Shown here: piece by piece, positions 38,096 through 47,862 of the stretch | Layout: every line of letters begins with the position of its first letter | Numbering within the stretch: the stretch's first letter is position 1 | Assembly (NCBI GenBank): GCA_016212085.1 | Contig: JACRHL010000011.1 | Span: forward strand, 64,161 to 128,160 | Length of the DNA stretch: 64,000 nucleotides | Origin: Nitrospirota bacterium | GTDB lineage: Bacteria; Nitrospirota; JACRHL01 | Direction: 5' to 3' | Position numbers and translations under genes: made by a program | Notes under the pieces: model-generated | Seen by the model: only the letters and a program-made list of their open reading frames with translations | Told to the model about the DNA's origin: nothing | The model's database searches: none

Positions 38096-39163
38096 GTGTG
38101 GGCCACGCCGGGCGGCGCGGCCGACGTGCTGCTGTGGCCCCTGGGGGGCTTGAGCTGGCTGTACGCCCGCGCCGCCGCCGCCCGCGCCGCCGCCTACGCC
38201 ACGGGCAACAAGCCGCGCCAGGCGCTGCCGGTGCCGGTGATCTCGGTGGGCAACCTGGCCGTGGGCGGCACCGGCAAGACCCCGCTCACCATGCTGCTGG
38301 CCCGGGAGCTGACGGCGCGGGGGCGGCGCGTGGGCATCCTCACCCGGGGCTACGGCGGCAGCAACGAGGGGGAGGATCCCATCATGGTGTCCCTGGGCGC
38401 GGGGGCGTTGGTGGGGCCGGACGTTTCCGGCGACGAGCCGGCGCTGATGGCCGCCTCCCTGCCGGGGGTTCCCGTCGCCGCCGGTGCCCGCCGCGCCGAG
38501 GCGGGCCGCCTGCTGCTTCAATGTGCCCCGGTGGACGTGCTGCTCATGGACGACGGCTTCCAGCACCACGCCCTGGTGCGCGATGCGGACGTGGTGCTGG
38601 TGGACGGCGCATCTCCCTTTGGCAACGGCCATTGCCTGCCGCGCGGCTCCCTGCGCGAGCCCCCGGCGGCCCTGGGGCGGGCGGACCTGATCGTGGCCCG
38701 CGACCCGCCCCCCGGCGCCGATCCGCAAACGGCCCTGGCGGCGTTTTCCGCCGCCCCGGTGGCCACCGCCCGCACCCGCGTGGCGGGGGTGTTCGACGCA
38801 TCCGACAAACGCATCGAGGTGGGCGGGCGAAAGGTCCTGGCCGTGTGCGGCATCGCCGCGCCCGGGCGTTTCGCGGCCACCCTGGCGGAAACCGGCGCGC
38901 GGCCGGCGGGCTTCATGGCCTTCGCCGACCACGCCCCCTACGACCGGGCGCGGGCGGACGCCATCGCCGCCGAGGCGGAACGGCTGGGGGCGGAGGCGGT
39001 GGTCACCACCGGGAAGGACGCGGTGAAGCTGGCGCCCCTGTGGCGGGGTGCCACTCCCCTGTGGACCGTGCGCATCGAGCTGGCGGTGGATGCCCCGGAC
39101 GGGGGCGACTGGGTGGCGGCCCTGCTCGACCTGGCCGCGCGCCGCTTTGCGGGGCGGCCCTAG
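38096..39163 (+). CDS. lpxK: Tetraacyldisaccharide 4'-kinase LpxK (GTG start)
   Basis: 355 aa with the P-loop VISVGNLAVGGTGKTP. It closes the lpx operon. Confidence 0.85.
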   Translation: MWATPGGAADVLLWPLGGLSWLYARAAAARAAAYATGNKPRQALPVPVISVGNLAVGGTGKTPLTMLLARELTARGRRVGILTRGYGGSNEGEDPIMVSLGAGALVGPDVSGDEPALMAASLPGVPVAAGARRAEAGRLLLQCAPVDVLLMDDGFQHHALVRDADVVLVDGASPFGNGHCLPRGSLREPPAALGRADLIVARDPPPGADPQTALAAFSAAPVATARTRVAGVFDASDKRIEVGGRKVLAVCGIAAPGRFAATLAETGARPAGFMAFADHAPYDRARADAIAAEAERLGAEAVVTTGKDAVKLAPLWRGATPLWTVRIELAVDAPDGGDWVAALLDLAARRFAGRP

Positions 39164-40230
39164 CGGTTGCGCAGGGCGAAGTTCACGCGCCCCCAGGCCT
39201 TTTCCAGCCCCATCCTCAGGGCGGTGAGCGGGTTGCGCCGGCGCAGGGCGTGGCGGGCCAGGATTCGCGCCGGGCGGCCCGTGGGGGCGGGGGCCACGCC
39301 GCGTTCGGCGATGATGGCGGCCACGGTGGCGAAGGTGTTGTATTGCTCCAGCACCCGGCGCCGTGCCTCCACGATGTGGGGCAGGCGCCTTGCGTATTCC
39401 CCGTCGCGCACGGCGCGTTGGATGGTCTCTAGGGCGCCCTGCGTGTCGTGCACGTCGATGGGGATGATGCTCTCCTCCGGGAAGTAATCCGCCCAGTTCG
39501 GGCAGCCGTGATAGAAGGGCAGGGCGAACCCCAGGAACGTGTCCGCCAGCTTCTCGGTGAAGTGGTGGGGCGCGAACTGGTTCTCGATGGCGATGTGGTA
39601 GCGGAACGGGTCGATGGCCTCCGCCTTGTCGCCGACGGGGCGCACGCCGCGCCCGAACACGGTCAGCTCCGGCATCAGGCCTTTAAGTTCCTGGGTGAAG
39701 GCGTAGCGCCGCTGGTGCAGGGTGTGGCGCTGCTGCTTGGTGGAGCAGATGGTGGACACGTCGCCAGTCTTGGCGGGCGGGGTGGCGGCGGCCAGGGTGT
39801 CGTAGCCGATCAGGCGGTCCGGCCCCACCCCGTAGAACCACTGCATGGCCGGCTGCGAATAGATGCGCCGGGGGTGCCCGAGGGCCCACGGCTCCTGGCT
39901 GGTGAGCACCTGGCCGAACTGGCGGGTGTAGGCGCTGCCGTAGGCCTTGATGGACGACGGCTCGGTGGTGATGAGCAGGGTGTTGGCGCGGGCGCAGGCG
40001 AGGGTCTCGCAGCGGTCGGAGAAGCGCTCGCCGGCCACCGGCGGCAGGTCGTCGTAGACCACCAGCCAGTCGTAGTCCCTGGCGTCCGGGTCGAACAGGA
40101 ACGCGCAGTCGCCCCACACCGGCTCCCCGTGGGGGAGCTGGCGCAGCCAGTAGCGGGAGGGCACCTTGCCCATCAGCATCTTGACGCGCGCGCGGCGGCC
40201 GGTGAATGTGCGGGCGGGGCTGGGGCTCAT
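39160..40230 (-). CDS. Glycosyltransferase family 10-like (fucosyltransferase-type). Start uncertain: 40230 or 40179.
   Basis: HIAIENQFAPHHFTEKLADTFL matches the GT10 ENS...YxTEK motif. An upstream KTGDVSTICSTKQQR box is also present. Confidence 0.6.
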   Translation of the reverse strand: MSPSPARTFTGRRARVKMLMGKVPSRYWLRQLPHGEPVWGDCAFLFDPDARDYDWLVVYDDLPPVAGERFSDRCETLACARANTLLITTEPSSIKAYGSAYTRQFGQVLTSQEPWALGHPRRIYSQPAMQWFYGVGPDRLIGYDTLAAATPPAKTGDVSTICSTKQQRHTLHQRRYAFTQELKGLMPELTVFGRGVRPVGDKAEAIDPFRYHIAIENQFAPHHFTEKLADTFLGFALPFYHGCPNWADYFPEESIIPIDVHDTQGALETIQRAVRDGEYARRLPHIVEARRRVLEQYNTFATVAAIIAERGVAPAPTGRPARILARHALRRRNPLTALRMGLEKAWGRVNFALRNR

Positions 40231-40499
40231 GGGCGTGGCGGCGACGGGTTGATGGGGAAGCGGTTGCCGGCGGCGCTGCAAAACCGGCTCACCCTCGGGT
40301 CGCGCACATGTTACCCTAACGGCGCCGGGAAACCCACGATACCCCCGTGTCCGGGGCCGCCGGGTCGCCGTGCTAGGCACCGGCGCCCGAAATGTGCGAA
40401 CCTCTCCGCCAGGTGCGCCATCAAGCTTGCCGCGCGCCACGCGTGAGCGGAAAAGTGGGGATTGAAACGACAGGGCGCGGCCGCCGGCCGCCCGCTGGG

Positions 40500-41576
40500 A
40501 TGCCAGGAACCGTGACCGAAACGAACGACACCAAGGACGCCATCGCAGCCTGGCTGCAAGACTCCCACCTGCTCAACCGCACCGGGATCGGCGCCGCCGT
40601 CGCCGCCCTGGGGCTGGCCACCGCCCACCCGCCGTCGGCCGCGGCGTTCGGCATCGCCGCCCTCCTGGCCCTGGCCGGGGCGGTGATCCGTTTCTGGGCG
40701 GCGGGCATCATCTCGAAGAACCGCGAGCTGGCCACCACCGGCCCCTATGCCTACGTGCGCAACCCGCTGTACACCGGCAGCATGCTCATCGCCATCGCGT
40801 TCCTGTTCCTGAACGGCAACCCGGTGTTCATCATCCCGGCGGTGGTCGGCGCGGTGGTGCTGTACATGCGCACCATCGAGAGCGAGGAGGCCGACCTGCG
40901 CGACCTGTTCGGCGCCGCCTTCGAGCGCTACCGAGAGCAGGTGCCCGCCATCATCCCCTGGCGCGGCCGGGTGGACACCGGCGGCGGCGGCGAGACGAGC
41001 TACTCCCTGGAGCAGAGCCTGTTCAACAAGGAGTTCAACGGCGTGGCGGGCACGCTGGGCATGTTGGCCCTGTTCTACTGCTATGCCCACTGGATTCCCG
41101 AGGTCACCTTCCGCGTGGGCACCACCCTGATCGTGATCGCCCTGATGGCCTTGCGCGGCTCCCGCCGCGTCGCCAAGGAGCGCGCCCTGCGCGGCAACAC
41201 CTACGCGCCGGAGACCGCCGCCCCCGCCGGGGTGGCCGCGGGCACCGCCGCCCTGGCGCCGGAGGCACCGGCGGATGCGGCTGCGTCCGCGCGGCCCGGC
41301 GGCGATGGGTTCGATGCGGCGGGCGCCGCCGCTCCCCCGGCCGGTGAGCCGTCCGCCGACGAGCCGTTTGCCATCGACGCGTTGCAGGAACCGGTCCTTC
41401 CCGCCAATCCGGCTCCGGCGGAAACCGTGGCCGACGAGGCGGAAGACGAGATCGACCCCCGCGCCCTGCTCGACGCCATCGACGCCGACGAGGTGGCCGA
41501 CGCCCTGGGCGCCCTGGAGCTGCCGAAGGACGAACCCGGCGCGCCGCCCCGCCGGGGCGGTTCCGCCGGCGCCTGA
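40500..41576 (+). CDS. Isoprenylcysteine carboxyl / phospholipid methyltransferase-family membrane protein with a long acidic Ala/Pro-rich C-terminal tail
   Basis: TM helices plus the ICMT/PEMT motif RNPLYTGSML..., ending EEADLRDLFGAAFERYREQVPAIIPW. The C-terminal roughly 150 aa is low complexity (APETAAPAG...DEAEDEIDPRALLDAIDADEVADAL). Confidence 0.65.
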   Translation: MPGTVTETNDTKDAIAAWLQDSHLLNRTGIGAAVAALGLATAHPPSAAAFGIAALLALAGAVIRFWAAGIISKNRELATTGPYAYVRNPLYTGSMLIAIAFLFLNGNPVFIIPAVVGAVVLYMRTIESEEADLRDLFGAAFERYREQVPAIIPWRGRVDTGGGGETSYSLEQSLFNKEFNGVAGTLGMLALFYCYAHWIPEVTFRVGTTLIVIALMALRGSRRVAKERALRGNTYAPETAAPAGVAAGTAALAPEAPADAAASARPGGDGFDAAGAAAPPAGEPSADEPFAIDALQEPVLPANPAPAETVADEAEDEIDPRALLDAIDADEVADALGALELPKDEPGAPPRRGGSAGA

Positions 41577-41587
41577 CCGGGCGTTCC

Positions 41588-42625
41588 GTGGCGCAAGACG
41601 TGCCCTGGGCCCTGGTTCTCTCCGACGGCAAGCCGGGCCACGAAAACCAATCCATCGGCGTGCTGCCCAAGGGGCTGGCCCACCGGGTGTTCCCCGTGAC
41701 GTTCCACGGGCGCGGCGCGCGCCTGCGCGCCAGCCTGGCGGCGCGGCTGCGCTGGCGGGCCCTGGCGGGGCGCTTTCCGTGGCACGGGCTGATCGGGGAC
41801 GGCGCGGGGCTGATGGCGCTGGCGGCGGAACGGCCGTCGGTGGTGGTGTCCGCCGGCAGCGGCCCGGCGCCGATCAACCTGCTGCTGGCGCGCCACCTGC
41901 GCGTTCCCGCGGTCACCTGCATGACCCCGTCCGTGGGCCTGGGCGGGTTCGACCTGGCCCTGGTGCCGCGCCACGACCATCCCCCCGATCGCCCCAACGT
42001 GGTGGTCACCCTGGGCGCCCCCAACCGGGTGGACCCGGACACGCTGCGGGCGGAAGGGGAGGCCTTCCGCGCCCGCCACGGTCTGCCGCAAGGCAGGTAT
42101 GCCGTCCTGCTCATGGGGGGCGACTCGGCCCGCTTTCGCATCGGCGTGGCCCAGGGCCTGGCGGCGCTGGAGGGGTGCCTGGCGCTGGCGGCCCGGCACG
42201 GCATGGAACTGCTGGTGACCACCTCGCGCCGCACCGCGCCGGACACGGAGGCGGCCATGGCCGCCCTGGCGCACCGGTGTGCCTATTTCTGCGCGGGGCG
42301 CGATGACCCGGAGCGGGTGGTGCCGGGCATGCTGGCCCTGGCGGAGCTGGCGGTGGTGACGGAGGACAGCGTGTCCATGGTGTCCGAGGCGGCGTCGGCC
42401 CCGGCGCGGGTGCTGGCCCTGGGGGTGGAGCGGAAGGGCGGCGTGCCGCGCCGCCACGAGGCGGTGCTGGCGGCCCTGGCGGACGGCGGCTACGTGCGCC
42501 GCGCCACCACCACGGACCTGATCGCCGCGGGCTCGGCCCTGCTGGCCGCCGCCCCCCCGCCGCGGCTGGACGACACCGCCCGCTGCCGGGCCGCCGTGGC
42601 GCGCCTGATCGGGGTGGCCCCATGA
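41588..42625 (+). CDS. ELM1/DUF1022-family putative glycosyltransferase
   Basis: VLSDGKPGHENQSIGV is the ELM1-family N-terminal signature. Confidence 0.65.
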   Translation: MAQDVPWALVLSDGKPGHENQSIGVLPKGLAHRVFPVTFHGRGARLRASLAARLRWRALAGRFPWHGLIGDGAGLMALAAERPSVVVSAGSGPAPINLLLARHLRVPAVTCMTPSVGLGGFDLALVPRHDHPPDRPNVVVTLGAPNRVDPDTLRAEGEAFRARHGLPQGRYAVLLMGGDSARFRIGVAQGLAALEGCLALAARHGMELLVTTSRRTAPDTEAAMAALAHRCAYFCAGRDDPERVVPGMLALAELAVVTEDSVSMVSEAASAPARVLALGVERKGGVPRRHEAVLAALADGGYVRRATTTDLIAAGSALLAAAPPPRLDDTARCRAAVARLIGVAP

Positions 42626-43752
42626 GCCGCCCGCTGACCATCCTGCAGATGCTGCCGGAGCTTGACGTGGGCGGCGTGGAGCAGGGCACGGTGGATTCCG
42701 CCATCGCCTACGCGCGCCTGGGCCACGCCTCCATCGTGATGTCGGGCGGCGGGCGCCGGGTGCCGGAACTGATCGCCGCCGGGGTCATCCACCACGAGCT
42801 GCCGGTACACAAAAAGCGCCTGGGCAACGTGCTTCGCCTCATCCCCAAGGTGGCGCGCATCATCAAGGCCTCCGGGGTGGACGTGGTGCACGCCCGCTCG
42901 CGCCTGCCCGCCTGGATCGGCTATTACGCGGCCAGGAAGGCCGGGGTGCCGTTCGTCACCACCGTGCACGGCTACTACAGCCCGCACTTCTACTCGCGCA
43001 TCATGGCGCGGGGCGAGCGGGTGATCGCCGTCAGCCACCCGGTGGCGGAGTATGCCAACGCCTCCCTGGACGCGGATCCGGCCACCTTGCGGGTGATCTA
43101 CCGGGGTATCGACCCCGCCCCCTACGAACTGACGTGGGGCGCGGAACGGAAGGCCGCCCTGCGCGCGGAGCTGGGCATCCCCGAGGCCGCGCGGGTGGTG
43201 GCCATCGTCGGCCGCATCACGCGCCTGAAGGGGCACGGGGTGTTCCTGGAGGCCATGGCGCGGGTGTGCGCCGCCCTGCCGGACGTGACGCCGCTGGTGA
43301 TCGGCGCCGTGCCCCCCAAAAAGGCCGCCTATGGCGACGAGCTGAAGCGCCAGACGGAGCGGCTGGGGCTGGCCGGCCGGGTGGTGTTCGCCGGTTCCCG
43401 GTCCGACGTGCCCGACGTGCTCAAGGTGTGCGACCTGCTGGTGAGCGCCTCCACCCAGCCCGAATCCTTCGGCCGCACCCTGGTGGAGGCCATGGCCACG
43501 GGCATCCCGGTGGTGGCCACCGCCCACGGCGGCGCGCTGGATATCGTCAAGGGCGAGACCTGCGGCCGCCTGGTGCAGCCGGGCAACCCGGAGGAACTGG
43601 CCGGCGCGGTGGCGGAAATCCTCTCCCTGCCGGACGGCGGCCACGCCCTGGGAGCCGCCGGTCGGGCGCGGGTGCGCGCGCTGTTCACGGTGGAGCACAT
43701 GGTTTCGGATACAATCGCCGTCTACCGGGAATTGGTGCGCGGGGAGGGCTGA
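42622..43752 (+). CDS. Glycosyltransferase family 4
   Basis: 376 aa. The N-terminus LTILQMLPELDVGGVEQG is a GT4 start. The C-terminus has ...EGFGRTLVEAMATGIPVVATAHGG. Confidence 0.8.
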   Translation: MSRPLTILQMLPELDVGGVEQGTVDSAIAYARLGHASIVMSGGGRRVPELIAAGVIHHELPVHKKRLGNVLRLIPKVARIIKASGVDVVHARSRLPAWIGYYAARKAGVPFVTTVHGYYSPHFYSRIMARGERVIAVSHPVAEYANASLDADPATLRVIYRGIDPAPYELTWGAERKAALRAELGIPEAARVVAIVGRITRLKGHGVFLEAMARVCAALPDVTPLVIGAVPPKKAAYGDELKRQTERLGLAGRVVFAGSRSDVPDVLKVCDLLVSASTQPESFGRTLVEAMATGIPVVATAHGGALDIVKGETCGRLVQPGNPEELAGAVAEILSLPDGGHALGAAGRARVRALFTVEHMVSDTIAVYRELVRGEG

Positions 43753-43753
43753 C

Positions 43754-44866
43754 GTGGCCGCCGGCAGCATCCTCATGTGGGGCCGGTTCGACCCGGACTA
43801 CTCCCGCAACCGGGTGGTGCGCCAGGCCCTGGCCGCCCTGGGCTGGCGGGTGACCGACTTCCGCCCCCGCTGGCCGCCGGCCGGCGACCTGGAGGCCGTC
43901 CTGCGCCGCGTGCCGCGCCCGGACTTGGTGTGGGTGCCGTGCTTCCGCCACCGGGATCTGGCCGCCGCCGCCCGCTGGTGCCGCCGCAAGCAGGTGCCGC
44001 TGGTCTTCGACCCGCTCATCAGCCAGTGGGACAAGCAGGTGTTCGAGCGCGGCAAGCTGGCGGAGCACGGGGCCGCCGCGCGGCGCCTCAAGGCGCGCGA
44101 GGGCCGCCTGTACCGCCGTGCCAGCCTGGTGGTGGCCGACACCAGCGAGCACCTGCATCTGTTCGCGGAGGCGTTCCAGGTGCCGGAGGAGCGCCTCCGC
44201 GTGGTGTACGTGGGGGCCGAGGCGGGCGGCTTCCAGGTCCATCCGCAGGGGGAGTGGGCGCCGGGGCGTCCCATCCACGTGCTGTTCTACGGCAGCTTCA
44301 TCGGCCTGCAGGGCCCCGGGTGGATCGTGGAGGCGGCGCGCCGTTACCAGGGGCCGCCGGTCACCTGGCATCTGCTGGGCGCGGGGCCGCTGCTGGCGGA
44401 ATGCCGCGCCCGAGCGGCGGGGCTGGACAATGTCCGCTTCGAGCCGTGGCTGCCCTACCGGGATCTGCCGGCCCGTATCGCCCGCGCGGACGTGCTGCTG
44501 GGGGTGTTCGGCACCACCGCCAAGGCGGGCCGGGTGATCCCCAACAAGGTGTTCCAGGCCCTCGCCTGCGGCAAGCCGGTGGTCACCCGCAAATCCGCCG
44601 CCTACCCGGAGGCGCTCGCCGACGGCGCCGAGCACGGCGTCCGCTGGGTGGCGCCGGGCGACCCGGACGCCCTGGCGGCGGCGGTGGCACGCCTGGCGGC
44701 GGCGCCGGAGCGGCTGCCGGAGATCGGCCGTGCAGCCCGCGCCACGTTCGACCGGTATTTTTCGGAAAGCGTCATCCAGGGCCAGGTGGCCGAGGCGTTG
44801 CGCGCCGCCCGGGGCGGGCCAGGGGGGCATGGGGGCGCGGTTGCAGCCCCATCCCCGGTCCCTTAG
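43754..44866 (+). CDS. Glycosyltransferase family 4 / GT-B (GTG start after a GGAGGG RBS)
   Basis: 370 aa with the C-terminal Glycos_transf_1-like ...KVFQALACGKPVVT.... Confidence 0.65.
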   Translation: MAAGSILMWGRFDPDYSRNRVVRQALAALGWRVTDFRPRWPPAGDLEAVLRRVPRPDLVWVPCFRHRDLAAAARWCRRKQVPLVFDPLISQWDKQVFERGKLAEHGAAARRLKAREGRLYRRASLVVADTSEHLHLFAEAFQVPEERLRVVYVGAEAGGFQVHPQGEWAPGRPIHVLFYGSFIGLQGPGWIVEAARRYQGPPVTWHLLGAGPLLAECRARAAGLDNVRFEPWLPYRDLPARIARADVLLGVFGTTAKAGRVIPNKVFQALACGKPVVTRKSAAYPEALADGAEHGVRWVAPGDPDALAAAVARLAAAPERLPEIGRAARATFDRYFSESVIQGQVAEALRAARGGPGGHGGAVAAPSPVP

Positions 44867-44925
44867 AATGGCCTGCCAGCGCCGCTGAGCCGGTCCCCGG
44901 TCCCTTCCTCGGAGCTTTTTTTCCC

Positions 44926-45966
44926 GTGCGCATCCTTTACGCCGCCGTGTTCAACGAAGACCGCCGCGCACGGTCGTTCTACGCCATCGACCACAAGCTG
45001 AAGCGCGCCTTCACCCAGCTGGGCCACTGGGTGGAGCCCTTCAGCTACCGCGACGTGGCGCGCCGCTCCAACTGGCTGGGTGTCAAGAAGCTCGGCATCT
45101 CCAAGATGAACCAGGCCCTGGTGGAGACCGCCCGCTATTTCCGCCCCGACGTGGTGGTGATCGGCAAGGGCGAGCTGTTGCGCTCCGGCACCCTGGCCCG
45201 CATCCGCGAGATGGTGCCCCACGTGCGCGTGGCCCTCACCACCTACGATCCGGTGTATTACGTCGAGCCGACCTTCCGGCGCCTGGCGCCCCATGCGGAC
45301 GCGGTGTTCGCCACCATGGCCGGCCGCCCGCTGGCCCGGCTGGGGGAGGCCACCGGGCTGCCCGCCTATTTCTATCCCAACCCGGTGGACCCGGCGGTGG
45401 AAAAGCGCCGTCCCATGCCGCCGGGCAGCGCGCCCATCTCGGTGCTGTGGACCGGCTCCACCAAGCCGGAGCCGGAGCGCGAGGCCTTCGCGCGCTGGGT
45501 GCGGGACTACCCGGGCGGCGCCGTGTATGGCGGCCTGGGGCACGACAAGGTGTTCGGCATGGACTACTTCGACGTGCTGGCCCGCGCCCGCGTGGTGATG
45601 GGCTACAACCGCCACCACGACGTGCCGTGGTACAGCTCGGACCGGATCGCCAACGTCATGGGCAGCGGCGCTTTTTTCCTGTCGCGCCATTTCCTGGGGA
45701 TGGAGGATTTTTTCGAGCGCGGCGTCCACCTGGACTGGTTCGACGGCATGGACGAGTGCCAAGAGCTGGCCGCCCGCTACCTGGCTGACGACGCCCTGCG
45801 CGAGAAGGTCGCCGCCGCCGGGCGGGAGCGGGTGCTGGAGCTGTTCCCCCACACGCGGGTGGCGGAGCACATCCTGGCCTGCACCCTGGAGGGGGACGAC
45901 CGCCGCTACCCGGTCACGCCGGAGCGCGCCGGCCAGGGGCCGGAAAACCTGCGGGCGCGGCTGTGA
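44926..45966 (+). CDS. CgeB-like / DUF3880-type glycosyltransferase (paralog 1, GTG start)
   Basis: 346 aa, ...VLWTGSTKPEPEREAFARWV...YFDVLARARVVMGYNRH.., similar to the next gene. Confidence 0.55.
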   Translation: MRILYAAVFNEDRRARSFYAIDHKLKRAFTQLGHWVEPFSYRDVARRSNWLGVKKLGISKMNQALVETARYFRPDVVVIGKGELLRSGTLARIREMVPHVRVALTTYDPVYYVEPTFRRLAPHADAVFATMAGRPLARLGEATGLPAYFYPNPVDPAVEKRRPMPPGSAPISVLWTGSTKPEPEREAFARWVRDYPGGAVYGGLGHDKVFGMDYFDVLARARVVMGYNRHHDVPWYSSDRIANVMGSGAFFLSRHFLGMEDFFERGVHLDWFDGMDECQELAARYLADDALREKVAAAGRERVLELFPHTRVAEHILACTLEGDDRRYPVTPERAGQGPENLRARL

Positions 45967-45982
45967 GCACCGGCGGGCGCCG

Positions 45983-47116
45983 ATGAGCATCAAGGGCCTG
46001 CGCCGCCGCATCCGCCTGGGCTGGGAGGACGCCAGCTACCGGCGCCGCGCGCGGCGCCGGGGGTTGATGTACGACCCGGCGCGCATCGCCAGCCGGGTGC
46101 GCCACCCGGAGGCGGCCGAACGCCTGGCGCGGGCCATGGCCGACGGCACCCTGCGCACCTTCGCCGCCGTGCGCCACCACAACTGGGAGGGGTACAACCT
46201 GATCCCCGCCCTGGCCGAACTGGGCGAGGTGATCCACTTCGACTGGGGCGCCGAGGGCTTTCCGCCGGATCGAAGCTGGGCGCCGCAGCACAAGCGCGCC
46301 ATGAACCGCCTTCTGCTGGAGCGCTTCCAGCAGGCGCGGGCGGCGGGCCCGGTGCACCTCTGCTTCATGTACGTCACCGGGCGCCAGGTGTTCCCGGAAA
46401 CGGTCCGGGCGATCGGGGAGGCCGGCACGGTGACCGTCAACATCTCCCTCGACGACCGCGCCAAGTTCCGGGGCCGGTGGAAGGGCGGCACGTGGCTGGG
46501 CGTCGCCCCCATCGCCCCCGCCTTCGACCTGTGCTGGACCAGCACCCGGGACGCCTGCGAAAAGTACCTGGTGGAGGGGGCCAACCCCATCTTCCTGCCC
46601 GAGGGGGCCAATCCCCACGTCTACCGGCCGGTGGACGTGCCGTTCGAGTACGACGTGAGCTTCGTGGGGCAGTGCTACGGCATCCGCCCCGAACTGGTGG
46701 ATGCCCTGGCGGCGCGGGGCATCCGGGTGGCGTGCTTCGGCAAGGGCTGGCCGAACGGGCCGCTGCCCATCGACGAGATGGTGGCAACCTATTCCAAAAG
46801 CCGCATCAACCTGGGCTTCGGCGGGGTGGGCGACGGTGACGATCTGTTGTGCCTGAAGGGGCGCGACTTCGAGGTGCCCATGGCCGGCGGCCTCTACCTC
46901 ACCCGGTACAACCCGGAGCTGGCCGAGGTCTACGCCATCGGCCGCGAGATCGTCTGCTATCGGGATCTGGACGAGCTGGCGGAGCGGATCGGGCACCTCC
47001 TCGACCATCCCGACCAGGCGTCCGTCATCCGCAATGCAGGGTATCGCCGCGCAAGGGCCGACCACGCCTGGAGCGGGCGCATGGGAACCATGCTGCGCAG
47101 CCTGGCCGGCCCCTGA
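45983..47116 (+). CDS. CgeB-like / DUF3880-type glycosyltransferase (paralog 2)
   Basis: 377 aa, ...VSFVGQCYG.RPELVDAL...YSKSRINLGFGG...GGLYLTRYNPELAEVY... Confidence 0.55.
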   Translation: MSIKGLRRRIRLGWEDASYRRRARRRGLMYDPARIASRVRHPEAAERLARAMADGTLRTFAAVRHHNWEGYNLIPALAELGEVIHFDWGAEGFPPDRSWAPQHKRAMNRLLLERFQQARAAGPVHLCFMYVTGRQVFPETVRAIGEAGTVTVNISLDDRAKFRGRWKGGTWLGVAPIAPAFDLCWTSTRDACEKYLVEGANPIFLPEGANPHVYRPVDVPFEYDVSFVGQCYGIRPELVDALAARGIRVACFGKGWPNGPLPIDEMVATYSKSRINLGFGGVGDGDDLLCLKGRDFEVPMAGGLYLTRYNPELAEVYAIGREIVCYRDLDELAERIGHLLDHPDQASVIRNAGYRRARADHAWSGRMGTMLRSLAGP

Positions 47117-47213
47117 CCGAAATTGGCCGCGCGGGCTGCCGGCATGCGGCGCGGTGAGGTATCATGCCATGCCCGGCGAATCGCATTGGTGGCGAGCCGA
47201 TCGAGGAGAGTTC

Positions 47214-47828
47214 ATGCCGCGTTACGACCCCGTTTCCCTTTGGCTGGCCCGTTTCCGCCAGCGGCGCAAGTATGACCGGTGGCTGCGCGATGGCAAGCCG
47301 TACCCGACGGCCCACCTTGCCAAGCAAGGGGTGATTCGCGATTTTGCCCGGCGCCATGGGTCCAGGGTGTTCATCGAGACCGGAACCCACATGGGCACCA
47401 TGGTCGAGGCCGTGAAGCGCGATTTCGACGCGGTGTATTCGATCGAGTTGGCCGACCCCCTGTACGCCGACGCGGTGCGCCGCTTCCGGAAAGACCCCCA
47501 CGTCCACATCCTGCACGGCGACAGCGGCAAGGTGCTGCCCGAACTCATCCGGGGGTTGACCCGGCCGGCCCTGTTCTGGCTGGACGGACACTATTCCGGC
47601 GGGGTCACCGCGTGCGGTGACAAGGAAACCCCCATCTCCGAGGAGCTGAACGCGGTGCTGGCCCACCCGGTTCCCGGGCACGTCATTCTCATCGACGATG
47701 CCCGGTGCTTCACGGGCGCGGCCGACTATCCGGAACTGGAGGCCCTGCGCCGCTCGGTGCTGGAGGCCCGCCCGGACCACCGGTTCGAGGTTGCGGACGA
47801 CATCATTCGCATCCACAAGCCCGTGTGA
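47214..47828 (+). CDS. Class I SAM-dependent methyltransferase (TylF/MycF-like O-methyltransferase fold)
   Basis: 204 aa with a [11 protein letters not shown]. Carries ...FIETGTHMGTMV... and ..LFWLDGHYSGG...ILIDDAR. Confidence 0.65.
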   Translation: MPRYDPVSLWLARFRQRRKYDRWLRDGKPYPTAHLAKQGVIRDFARRHGSRVFIETGTHMGTMVEAVKRDFDAVYSIELADPLYADAVRRFRKDPHVHILHGDSGKVLPELIRGLTRPALFWLDGHYSGGVTACGDKETPISEELNAVLAHPVPGHVILIDDARCFTGAADYPELEALRRSVLEARPDHRFEVADDIIRIHKPV

Positions 47829-47862
47829 GGGGCTGGTGCGATTGCGCTTCGTGGGAGGTGTC

